DNA of 64,000 nucleotides from an uncultured Actinomycetes bacterium (GTDB lineage: Bacteria; Actinomycetota; Thermoleophilia; UBA2241). The DNA lies in contig CAVRZA010000008.1 in NCBI GenBank assembly GCA_963725665.1, positions 197,330 through 261,329 on the forward strand. Direction: 5' to 3'. Under the pieces are notes generated by a model. It did not search any database, had not been told where the DNA came from, and was given only the letters and a program-made list of their open reading frames with translations. The translations under genes were made by a program, and so were the position numbers. Below are positions 52,401-62,672 of the stretch, in pieces; positions within the stretch are counted from its first letter, which is position 1, and each line of letters starts with the position of its first letter.

Positions 52401-53601
52401 GTGACCGTGGCGACTCCTGACTGGAGCATCATCGAGTCGCGCGGTCGGCCGGGGCTCGAGAGGCTGGAGGCCGACTGGCGACGACTCTACGCGGCGATGC
52501 CGCTGCGCACGAGCTTCCTCGCCTACGAAGCCTGCCTGGCGCACGTCGACCATGTCATGGGGGCGCCCGATCGGCTCAGGTGCTTGGCGCTGACGGACGG
52601 CCGGCAGGTCAGGGCGATCTGCCTGCTTGAGCCCCGCACCGCCCGCGTGCTCGGCAGACGTCAGCGGGTATGGGGAGTGCTGCGCCTGCTTGGACGCGGG
52701 GCAGGCCAACGTCCTCTGCCCCGATGACGAAGCGCAGCGGGAGCTCGTGCCCGCCCTGGTGGCCCACCTGCGGCGCAAGCCCGAAGGGCGACAGCTCCTG
52801 ATCCTGGGGCCGACGCCGGCAAGCTCGACCCTGTGGGAGGGGCTGCGACGGCTCGGTCGCTGTGGGTACCACGTGGACCTCAGGGAGAGCGTGCACCTCC
52901 TGGACTGCAGCATGCCGTTCGACGAGCTGCGGGCGTCGCTCCCAGGGAAGTTCCGCCACCATCTGAACACGGCACAGCACAAGCTCGCCGAGCTTCGCGA
53001 CGTGCGGTTCGTGACAGTCGTAGCTGCGAACGGCTTCGATGCCGAGTTTGCGACCTTCCTCGAGGTCGAAGCCTCGGGCTGGAAGGGCGAGAGCGGCACA
53101 AGGACCGCGATCCGCTGCCATGAGCCGTGGCTGGCCTACTTTCGCGACCTCGCCGCAAACCTGCGCGAGGACGCAGACTACTGTGAGATAGGCGCCCTCT
53201 ACGCCGAGGGGCGCTGCCTTGCCTCGGTGTTCGCCACTCGCACCGGTGCGACCTACTCGGTCCTCAAGATCGGTCACGACGAGGCCTACCGTAGTGTGTC
53301 GCCGGGGCAGCTGCTGGTCGAGAGGTTGGTGGAACGCTGCTGCCAGGACCCGGGCATCGAGCGGCTGAACATGGTGAGCGATGCCCCTTGGCTCCGTGGC
53401 TGGCGCCCCAACCAAGTCCGGCTGCAGGTCGCCTACGTGGTCGTGTGCCGCTGGCCGGCGTACCCGATCATCGCCGCCCTCCTGCAGTTCCGCTTTGGAC
53501 CCGGGCGCCGGTTCGCGCGCCGGGTACGCAGCATGCGCGCAAATCGGTCGCGCGGTGGCGAGCAGAGTGGGCCGGGCAACGGAGGGCATCAGACGGTCTA
53601 G
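52401..53601 (+). CDS. GNAT paralog 3, one frameshift ~52700
   Basis: EASGWKG, KIGHDEAY..SPGQLL; upstream ~85 bp also duplicated from ~50591. Confidence 0.8.
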
Positions 53602-53707
53602 CGCAGCGTTTCCAGTCGTTTGTCGAGGTCGTCCGTCTCAAGGTCACGCGACCGTCCCGGTGATGCCGGCCAGGGACCCGCGCAGTGCAACGGTACTCAC
53701 GACTTCA

Positions 53708-54100
53708 CTACAATGATGCAACCGCTTTGCCGCTGCCTGGATCGCGCCTGAGCGCAGGTCCATCTGCATGGCGTCGGAGCCCTGGTAGATCTGGAAGATG
53801 AGCTCGTCGACCTTCGGCGCGCCGCGCCAATACTGCTTGTTTCGCCACGAGACGCACCAACTGGTCCGGTTGGTACTCGACCACGTGGAAGGGACCTGTG
53901 CCTATGACCGGTGGCCCGTTGCGGTAGGTGCCGGCGGCCAGCACCTGCTTGATGAACGTGGTGCAGCCCGTGAAGGCGCCCGTTTGGTTCTCGATGACGT
54001 AGTCGAAGGTGAAGACCACGTCCTCCGATGCAAACGGGCGCCCAGTCCTGCCAGTTCACGCCTCGCCGCAAGGAGAAGGTCCATGTGCTCTCGGCCGGGT
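53708..54100 (-). pseudogene. Internally deleted remnant of family 5 substrate-binding protein
   Basis: FTFDYVIEN..FTG..YRNGPPVIGTGPF matches 42773-44635. Confidence 0.8.
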
Positions 54101-54204
54101 CTGACCGGTTTCAGCCGAGGACACACATTTGGATCTCTCGCGCCACCCTTGGTGGTAGTGTTAACCTTCACGCACTCAACGACGGAGTGCGCAGGAACGG
54201 AGGA

Positions 54205-55269
54205 ATGTCGAAGATGGGGGCAAGCGCGGACATCGAGATAGCGCTCTATGAGCCGTGGATGCTTGATCCGCTGGCAAGCCTGCGTGGTAGGCACAACGGC
54301 CTGACGCTCGAGCAGAACAGGAAGATGATCGAGCGTAGGTTCTTCCACCCGTTCGCGAGAGAGCGCTCGTTCATCGTGGTCGCTCGACAGGGTGAGAACG
54401 TGGTCGGGATGCAGTCGTACATGTACTGGCCGTACTCCTATGGGAGCGAGACCTTCTATTCCGTTCAGTCGGGCATGACGTTGGTCGACGGCCACTACCG
54501 TGGTAGGGGAGTGTTCTCGAGAATGCTCGCGGTCGGCAACCAAGTACTCAAGAACGCCGGCGTCGCTTTCGTCATGGGGTTTCCCGGACAGATGAGCTTT
54601 CAGGGCTTTCTCAAGGACGAGTGGTCTCATGTGGCGACACACGTATCGATGGTCAGGCCCCTGAGGCCTTTCAAGACGCTCGCCTCGAGGATCGGCCTTG
54701 CCGAGGGTTCGGGTACGGGCGGCCTCATTGACGAAGAGTCAGGGCTTCGCAGGGTCGACCAGCCGTCCTTTGCCGCACTGGCCATGAGAAGGGCCTGCTC
54801 CGAGAACCTGCTACACCTTGAAGCCAGCCCGGCGTTTGTCGACTACCGCTACCCGGACGACAGCGAAGACTACTTCGTTTACCGCTACTCCGAGGGGCAG
54901 ACAGAGATCCTCTTCGTATGCCTGGCGCCCCGTGATGCCCGCCCGCGCGTCCTTTACCTGGGCGACATCCTGGCCGAGCGCGAATCGGATCGGTCCCTGC
55001 GTCGGGCCGTTCGTCGGTTCGCCGAAGAAGCCAGACACACGACCAACATGAACGCAGTGGTCGTCCACATCGGCATAGGCAGGCGCCGCTTGTTCAGGGC
55101 CTTGATTGAAAGCGGGTTCCTGCCGTACGGGTCTGGCCGCAAGCTGGTCGTGAAGCCGATATCGGTCGGATCGACCGAGGCTGACTTGATAAGGGATAAC
55201 TCGAGCTGGAGCACGATGTGCGCGGACAGAGACGACTGGTACAGCAGCATCTCGGTGTTGTCGGCGTGA
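54205..55269 (+). CDS. GNAT-family acetyltransferase
   Basis: TLVDGHYRGRGVFSRM acetyl-CoA motif, MGFPG. Confidence 0.75.
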   Translation: MSKMGASADIEIALYEPWMLDPLASLRGRHNGLTLEQNRKMIERRFFHPFARERSFIVVARQGENVVGMQSYMYWPYSYGSETFYSVQSGMTLVDGHYRGRGVFSRMLAVGNQVLKNAGVAFVMGFPGQMSFQGFLKDEWSHVATHVSMVRPLRPFKTLASRIGLAEGSGTGGLIDEESGLRRVDQPSFAALAMRRACSENLLHLEASPAFVDYRYPDDSEDYFVYRYSEGQTEILFVCLAPRDARPRVLYLGDILAERESDRSLRRAVRRFAEEARHTTNMNAVVVHIGIGRRRLFRALIESGFLPYGSGRKLVVKPISVGSTEADLIRDNSSWSTMCADRDDWYSSISVLSA

Positions 55270-55410
55270 TCGCGTGCGGCTGCGGCCAGGTCGAGGGACC
55301 CGTCTGTTCATGATCGGCCATGGCGATGAAGAACGTGGTGGCGTAGGGGATCACTGAGGGAAGCCATCCTCGGTCTCGGAGACAGGGTTCCCCTTGCCCT
55401 CACAGTCGCG

Positions 55411-56431
55411 TTGACAGGCCGGGACCTGCTTGTGCCGCTCTTTCACCTGGTCAGCAACGAGAGCGTGCCTCACATCAAGCATCTCCACGAGTACAAGAAC
55501 GAGAGGCAGTTTACGAATGATCTCGATGCACTTCTGAGGCAGTACTCGCCCGTCACGGTCGGGGAGCTGAAGAAGGCGATCAGAGATGGGAACGAGCTCA
55601 GGGGCAGGAAGCACATCCTGTTGACCTTCGATGACGGGCTGAGGGAGGACCATGACGTCATTGCCCCCATACTCAAGAGCAAAGGGGTCCCGGCCGTCTT
55701 CTTCCTGATCACAGGGTGCATCGACAACCGGCGTTTGATGTATCGACACGAGGCGAGCTTGCTCGTCGATAGGCTGAGGAGCTTCGGCGGCAAGCGACGC
55801 CGCCGGAGACCTCGCCAAGAAGATGCTCAGTGGCCACGGGATCGCCGTTGGCGACAGCCTGGAGGCAGCCGTCATGCTGGTCGACTACGGCAAGAGGGCG
55901 GTCCTTGACGAGCTTGCCGGCGTGCTCGGGATCGATCTCGCCGGGTACCTGGCGGAGGAGAAGCCATACCTGACCAGCCAACAGGTCAAGTCCCTGCTGG
56001 ACGATAGTTTCGACATCGGCGCCCATAGCCTTGACCACCCGCGCTACGCAACGATCCCCTTTGACGACCAAGTCCGTCAAACGCTGTCCAGTGTGCGACA
56101 GCTGAGGAGCGAGTTCGGGCTGAGCGGGGCGTACTTTGCGTTTCCCTTCAACGACGAAGGTGTCTCGAGGCGGCTGTTCGAACGGATCGCCGATGATATC
56201 GATTTGTGCTTCGCCACCGAAGGCCCCGCCGTGGATGAATTCAGCTGGAACATACAGAGGTTCCCGATGGATTCTGAGCAAACGGCGGGAGCGTTGTTGT
56301 GGCGCCCCGCTCTTCTCCGTCGCTATTCGGCGCTACGAAGGGCAGTGCGCTCAGGTCGTCGCCCGGTCTGGACGAACCGTCGGGTCCATCCCGTCGACGC
56401 CCAGGCAAGCTCGCCGGTCGTTCAGCAGTAG
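55411..56431 (+). CDS. Polysaccharide deacetylase, frameshift ~55800
   Basis: LTFDDG, PAVFF, IGAHSLDHP, FAFPF. Confidence 0.85.
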
Positions 56432-57923
56432 CCCGGGAGAGGATGGTGCTGGTGACGAGCTCTTCGACGGCTCGGCGGCGCCCTCTAGTCGCTTCGGGGT
56501 CCCGCCCGGCGCCGTCGACGCCCCCCGACACCGGGCATCGCGAGCCTGGTCTCTGCGTCGCAACAGCGACTCGATCGGCCAGAGCGTCAAGTAGGCGTAG
56601 TAGGCCTCCGTGCGCTTGTTGGCGAGACCTTGCGTGCGTGCCCACTGCGTGGCGCGACGCAAGCCGCGAACCCCCTTCGTGTACTCGAGCCCCTCCGACC
56701 AGAGACCTCTCCAGCCCACGTTCCTGTTGGCCCAGCGCACGTACTCCGGACGGACGACCTCGCTCAACAGCACCTCATCGAGGGGCCGCAGCGGCACCCG
56801 TCGCAGCGCGTGGTAATTGATCCAGTAGCGGCTGTTCCCTCCGGCCTCCTGGAGGCTCAGGTCCTGAGAGGCGAAGAAATCGGCCACCCAGTAGCGGTCG
56901 TGGCGGCGCTCTTGCGGCAGGGCGACCATCGCCGTCGCCGAACTCGATGTCGTGGCCCGGGCAGTAGGTGGGCAGGCCGAGTTGCGTCGGCAGCCGTTTC
57001 AGGTAATGCAGCCAGGGGCTCATGAACCTGCACTCCTCGATCGTGCGCATGCCTCGCGAGGCGAGGACATCCCGCTTCTGCTCGAAGTACGCCTCGCGAG
57101 CGTCATGCCTCTGCGGAAGCGACTCCACGAAGAGTCGGCGTGAGAGAGCCGACGCCAGATGAGTGACTCGACGTCGCTGGGGCTCTTCACCTCGGATTCG
57201 TGCGCTTGTCCTTGCCGGCGAGCGTGTCTATATACGACCCACTGAGCACCGGACGCCCACTGCCGACCCTGGCAAGGACTCGTAGCCAGAACTCGAGCTG
57301 GTACATGCCGTGTGCGATGCATGCACGCGCCGAACAAGCGGTCCCACTCGTCGAGGTAGCGGTGGAAGTAGCCGATGGGCACCTGCTCCCAGCGCGTGCC
57401 GAGGCGTTGCGGAGAGCAGGCGCGCCCTGGTGACCTCGGTCGAGTCCCATTGTCGCTCCGAGACACCGAAGGTGAACGAGCGCACGCGCGATTTGTCGCC
57501 GATCATGAGGTTGAGCAGGCGCGAGTCGTAACCGCCGCTCGTCGGGATGACGATGTCGCCCTCCACCGAGCTCTCCCAGCGCTGCACGAGGGCGCGCAGC
57601 ATCTCGAGGACCTCGGACTCGCTGCTGCGGTCTTCGACGCGGTCGGCCAGCTGCTGGTCGTCGAGGGTGGACTCGATCGTCAGCCGGCCGTCGTCCGGCC
57701 CGATGAGCCGCGACGAGGGAGGCAGGAACTTGACGTGCCTGACGGGCGTCAGCCCGAAGGCCGAGTAGCCGCGGTCGAGGAAGCCGTTGAAGCCCTCCGG
57801 GTCGAACTCGAGGTTGGCGAAGTCGATGACGTCGTTGACGTTGGTGCTCACCGCCCCGGTGGCCTCGTTGTAGTAGACCGGGTCGGTGTTCAGCCAGTCG
57901 GTCTCGAAGACTGCTCGTGACAC
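56351..57923 (-). pseudogene. Asparagine-synthase-like PP-loop protein, paralog 1, several frameshifts
   Basis: IVIPTSGGYDSRLL; collinear with 58873-60280. Confidence 0.75.
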
Positions 57924-58182
57924 CCCTGTCCTCCCCACGTCACACGCGTCGTATTCCGACGGTTACCGCCGACGACACAGCCCCCTCCCGCAACTCGCTC
58001 CGCGTCAGTATAGACGCGATCGAGCGCGGTCACTTAAGTGCTAGTAGCGGAAGGTCCTTGTCGGCAGCGCGAGGCGCTGCATCTTCTAAGGTGCTCGGTG
58101 ACCCCCCATGCCGTCACGTCGCCCGGGTGTGAGCGCTGCGAAGATCCGGGCGCAGAGAAGGCGACCGGCGGTAATCTACCGT

Positions 58183-58416
58183 TTAGGTGCGACCAAGCTC
58201 CCTGAGAGCCGTTCGGCCGCGCTGCCTCAGGACTCGCACCCGTATCGACTCGACGCTCCGCCCGTCTCGCTCGTCGCTGAGGATCCGCGCGACGCGCGCA
58301 CCCTGACGACGTCGAACGCTTGCGGCACCCGACAAGAAGGCGACGACCAGTAGCGCAAGACCCGCCCAGCCTACGAAGATGCCGACCACAAGGCCCCACT
58401 CGCCAAGATCGACCAT
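58183..58416 (-). CDS. Small single-TM protein, paralog 1
   Basis: MVDLGEWGLVVGIFVGWAGLALL..GAASVRRRQG; similar to 61942-62181. Confidence 0.65.
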   Translation of the reverse strand: MVDLGEWGLVVGIFVGWAGLALLVVAFLSGAASVRRRQGARVARILSDERDGRSVESIRVRVLRQRGRTALRELGRT

Positions 58417-58872
58417 CGCTCCAAAGACCTCCTCGGCAGCCCCGAGTCGCTGACGCCTGTTCTGGCACGCGATTCTGGCCCTTATTTGTGAAGTTGGGGT
58501 TAAGAAGCGCGAAGTGGGGATGAAGAGGTCACCCCTGGGACACATTGTCCACGGCTATGTGGCGCGCCAGCGCGAATGGCGAAGCTGCACTCCCCGCGCG
58601 AGTGCCTCGGCTCTGAGAGGCGGGCTCACGAGACGCCCAGTGAGTCGAAGAAGGTGACAAGGCGGGGTCCCGCGTCACGCACCTTGCAACACCGAATGGC
58701 CGTCTGTCGCCCCGCACGCCCTACCGCTGCAGCTCTCTCTGCATCGGATAGCGCTTCCCGCAGCCTCATTCGCGAACGACTCAACGGTGCAGTCGTGCAC
58801 CAGGAATGCATCGACGTCGTCCTCCCGCGGCAAGGCGAAGGCCCCCGCGGTCCGCATCTCGTCCAATAGCCT

Positions 58873-60280
58873 CTACGCCCCCTGACGCCGGGCATCGCGA
58901 GCCTGGTCTCTGCGTCGCAACAACGACTCGATGGGCCACAGGGTCAGGTACGCGAAGTAGGCCTTCCCGCGCGTCTTGTCGAGACCTCGAGCACGGACCC
59001 ACTCAGTGGCGCGGCGCAGGCCGCGCACCCGTCGCACGTATTCGAGGCCCTCGGACCAGAGGCCCAGCCAGCCCACGTTCCTGTTTATCCAGCGGACGTA
59101 CTCCGGCTTGACCACCTCTGAGAGCAGCCTCTCGTTCAGGGGGCGCAGAGGCACCGTCCTCAGCGCGTGGTAGTATGAGCCAGTAGAGATCCGTTCCTCC
59201 GGCCTCCTCGAGGCCAAGGCCCTGGGAGTCAAAGAACTCGGCCACCCACTGGCGCTCGCTGCGGCGCTCGAGGGGCAGGGCGACCAGCGCCGTGCCGAGG
59301 TCGAGGTCGTGGCCCGGGCAGTACGTCGGCATGCCGAGCAGCGTCGGCAGCCGCTGCACGTAGTGGAGGAGGACGTCCGTGCATCTCAGGCACTCGATCG
59401 TGCGCATGCGGCGCGAGGCGAGGATCTCGCGCTTCTCCTCGAAGTAGGCGTCGCGCGCGTCGTACGTGGGTGCGAAGCGGCTCCACGAAGAGTCGGCGTG
59501 AGAGAGCTTGCGCCAGACGAGTGCCTCGAGGTCACTGGGGCTCGTGATCTCAGGGTCGAGTTCCCAGTCCATCCCGGAGAGTGTGTCTATGTTCAATCCA
59601 CTGAGCACCGGACGCCCACTGCCGACCCTGGCTATGACCCGTAGCCAGAACTCCAGATGGTACATGCCGTGTGCGAACATGCACGGGCCGAACAAGCGGT
59701 CCCACTCATCCAGGTAGAGGTGGAAGTAGCCGATGGGCACCTGCTCCCAGCGCGTGCCGAGGCGTTGCGAGAGGAGGCGCGCCCTGGTGACCTCGGTCGA
59801 GTCCCACTGGCGCTCGGAGACACCGAAGGTGAAGGAGCGCACGCGCGATTTGTCGCCGATCATGAGGTTGAGCAGGCGCGAGTCGTAGCCGCCGCTCGTC
59901 GGGATGACGATGTCGCCCTCCACCGAGCTCTCCCAGCGCTGCACGAGGGCGCGCAGCATCTCCAGGACCTCGGACTCGCGCGTGCGTCTTTCGACGCGGT
60001 CGGCCAGGCTCTGGTCGTCGAGGGTCGACTCGATCGAGAAGCGGCCGCCGTCGGCCACGACGAGCCGCGACGAGGGAGGCAGGAACTTGACGTGCCGGAC
60101 GGGCGTCAGCCCGAAGGCCGAGTAGCCGCGGTCGAGGAAGCCGTTGAAGCCCTCCGGGTCGAACTCGAGGTTGGCGAAATCGATGACGTCGTTGAGGCTA
60201 GTGCTCACCGCCCCGGTGGCCTCGTTGTAGTAGACCGGGTCGGTGTTCAACCAGTCGGTCTCGAAGACCGCTCCGGACAC
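58873..60280 (-). CDS. Asparagine-synthase-like PP-loop protein, paralog 2, frameshift ~59180
   Basis: FETDWLNTDPVYYN, PTSGGYDSRLL; GGAGG RBS. Confidence 0.8.
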
Positions 60281-60327
60281 CCTCGTCCTCCTCCCTCCGC
60301 GCTCACGACCCACGCCAGGGCCTCGCG

Positions 60328-61600
60328 CTACAGACGACGCAGACCCTCCAGGGAGTACCGCAGGCTGGCCCTGATCCCGTTGAACTCACGGCGCAGGCGG
60401 CGGTTGCGTGAGCGGATCACGCGGCCTGGGACCTTGCCGGTCATGAGCGAGGCGTCGGTACCGGGGCGGTCGGTGTAGTCGTAGACGGCGACGTCGTCGA
60501 AGCGCGCGGCGCGCAGGAGCGCCACGGTGTCCTGGAAATCCGCCTCCGTCTCGCTGGGAAAGCCGACAAGGACGTGCGTCGTCAGAACGACACGGGGCAG
60601 CGCGGCGCGCAGGTCGCACAGCGCTCGCTTGGCATCGCCGCCGCTGTGACCCCTCCTCATGAGCTCCAGGATCCGGTCGCTCCCCGACTGCAGGGGAATG
60701 GCCAGACGGGCTATTCGTTTCGCGTTCGCCGCCAGCAGCGGCCTCAGCTCATCGCCGTACTCGATGACCCAACGCGTGTCGAAGTCGACCAACTCCAGCC
60801 GATAGTCGCCTTCGCGCGCAAGGAGGGCACGCAGAGGCCGACCACATCGCCCCCGATGTCCTGCCCGTAGCAGCCCAGATCCTGTGCGACCAGCTTGTAC
60901 CTCGTGTGCCCGGCAGCCAGCCCCGCGTCGAACTCGCGCACCACCTCATCGAGCGGCTTTGACTGAAGCGGACCACAGGCGAAGCGGATGGCGCAGAAGC
61001 TGCAGGTGCCGGCGCATCCCGTTGCGACGCGGATGGAGAACAGACCGTCGTCTTGCTGGAGGTAGCGAGACTCACGCTTGAATCCCAATCCCACCATGCG
61101 GTCCCTCATGCCACTCTTATGCAGCAGCCGTCTCAATTGAGAGGTCATGGGGCCGTCGTCGGCGTGCCGCTCGAAGGTGTCGTAGCAGCGAGCGGCACGC
61201 GATCTGTAGGCGTCGAGCAGGTGCGGCTCTTTGACCTCGCTGAGCGGGACCTTCGCCTGGATGAGCTTGTCGAGCTCCGTGACCGAGTGGGGCGGCACCA
61301 GGACGGCGTCGAATGACGACTCGAGGCGTTCGCGGCTGATCTCGGCGATGCATCCCCCGATGAACAGCCTCGAGCCCTCCTTGCGCCGCCGATCGGCCAC
61401 TTCGAGCAGGCGGACGCTGTAGTCCTCCTTCTCCATGTTGAAGCCACAACCCGTCGCCACCACGAGATCGGCCTCTTCGATAGACGTCGGTGATAGTCCA
61501 GTCGTTGGCCGCGAAGTAGTCGTACAGCCACGCCATCTGCACGACCGCCCGCGAGCAGCCGTGGGCGAGAGGAAGGCAGACCTTCTTGCCCTCAGGCGGC
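60328..61600 (-). CDS. MiaB/RimO-like methylthiotransferase-family radical SAM, frameshifted, no TRAM; start approximate
   Basis: HGCSR, EEADLVVATGCGF, IGGC, CAGTCSFC, PLQSGSDRILELMRR, VGFPSETEADF, RPGTDA. Confidence 0.8.
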
Positions 61601-61941
61601 GTCGATCACGCTCGCATCGGCCGCGTCGTCGCGCGGTGCGACACCGACGGGTCCAGCGGGCATAGAAGTCCCCCTTGTGGCTGGCTCGCCGTGAGTATAT
61701 GAGGCGGTCGTACGTCCCGTCACCACATTGGGCTAAGTCGCGTGATCGCCAGCGGCAACGCGGCCGGTTTGAGCTCCCCCCGCGTCCTCGGCGACTCCAT
61801 GCGGCGCGGCACCATCGGGGCACCCATCGAGGGACCACCTCAGCACGACGGCGTCCGCGACCCTCTTCCCGGTCTGATGGAAGTGCGGCGCAGGGCCGCG
61901 CGCCGTCTTCGGCGTCGTTTCGTACGGCAAGTGCCGGAAGC

Positions 61942-62181
61942 CTAGCGCCTGGGTGCGGCCAAGCTCCTCACAGGAGCGCGGCCGCGCTGGCCCGAGACTC
62001 GCACCGGCGTCGGCTCGAACCCCGGCCCTTCTCGCTCGTCGCCGAGGGTCCGCCTCAGGCCCGTACCTTGGCGACGCCGCGCGCTCGCCGCGCCCGCCAA
62101 GAAGCCGATCAGCAGGAGCGCCAGACTCGCCCACCCTATGATGATGCCGACAAGAACTCCCCAGTCGAGGAAGTCGACCAT
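61942..62181 (-). CDS. Small single-TM protein, paralog 2
   Basis: AGGAGG RBS; MVDFLDWGVLVGIIIGWASLALL..GAASARRRQG. Confidence 0.7.
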   Translation of the reverse strand: MVDFLDWGVLVGIIIGWASLALLLIGFLAGAASARRRQGTGLRRTLGDEREGPGFEPTPVRVSGQRGRAPVRSLAAPRR

Positions 62182-62672
62182 CGCCGCGATCGCCTCCTTG
62201 GCAGCCCCGGTTCGCTGATGACCTTCTGGCTGACCATTCTCACCGTCGTTTATGAAGCTGAGGTCAAGAAGCGGGAAGGCGGGGTGAAGAGGTCAACCGC
62301 GGAACGCATCGTCCACTGGTTTGCGCCGCGCGCTCGTTGATTCAAAGCCCCTCTTCCCCGCAGTTTCCGTCCTTGTCTGCACGCCAGCGCTCCGGGCGAG
62401 GCGGCCGCGCCAAGCCGCATCAGGCTCGCTCTGCCGCTCATCGTCAGGCTGACGCTGTCGTCCATGTTGGCGACGGCAAGGACCTCATTCTCCTAATGTC
62501 CCCGGCGACCCGTCCGACCTTTTGGAGACAGAGCCAAGGGTCGGCATGGCGAGCCAGAACCCATTGAAGCGAATCGCGGGCAGTCCCGCACCATGCGTGC
62601 CGATCGGCACGCCTCTCCCCCTCGCCCTGACCCCAACGAAGCACCGTAAGCGAGCAGGAGGAGGCAAAGGTA

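Noticed and set aside
56351-60280. Lasso peptide cyclases
   Set aside because: No B1/B2 leader peptidase genes or typical precursor nearby; context fits glycan tailoring better.
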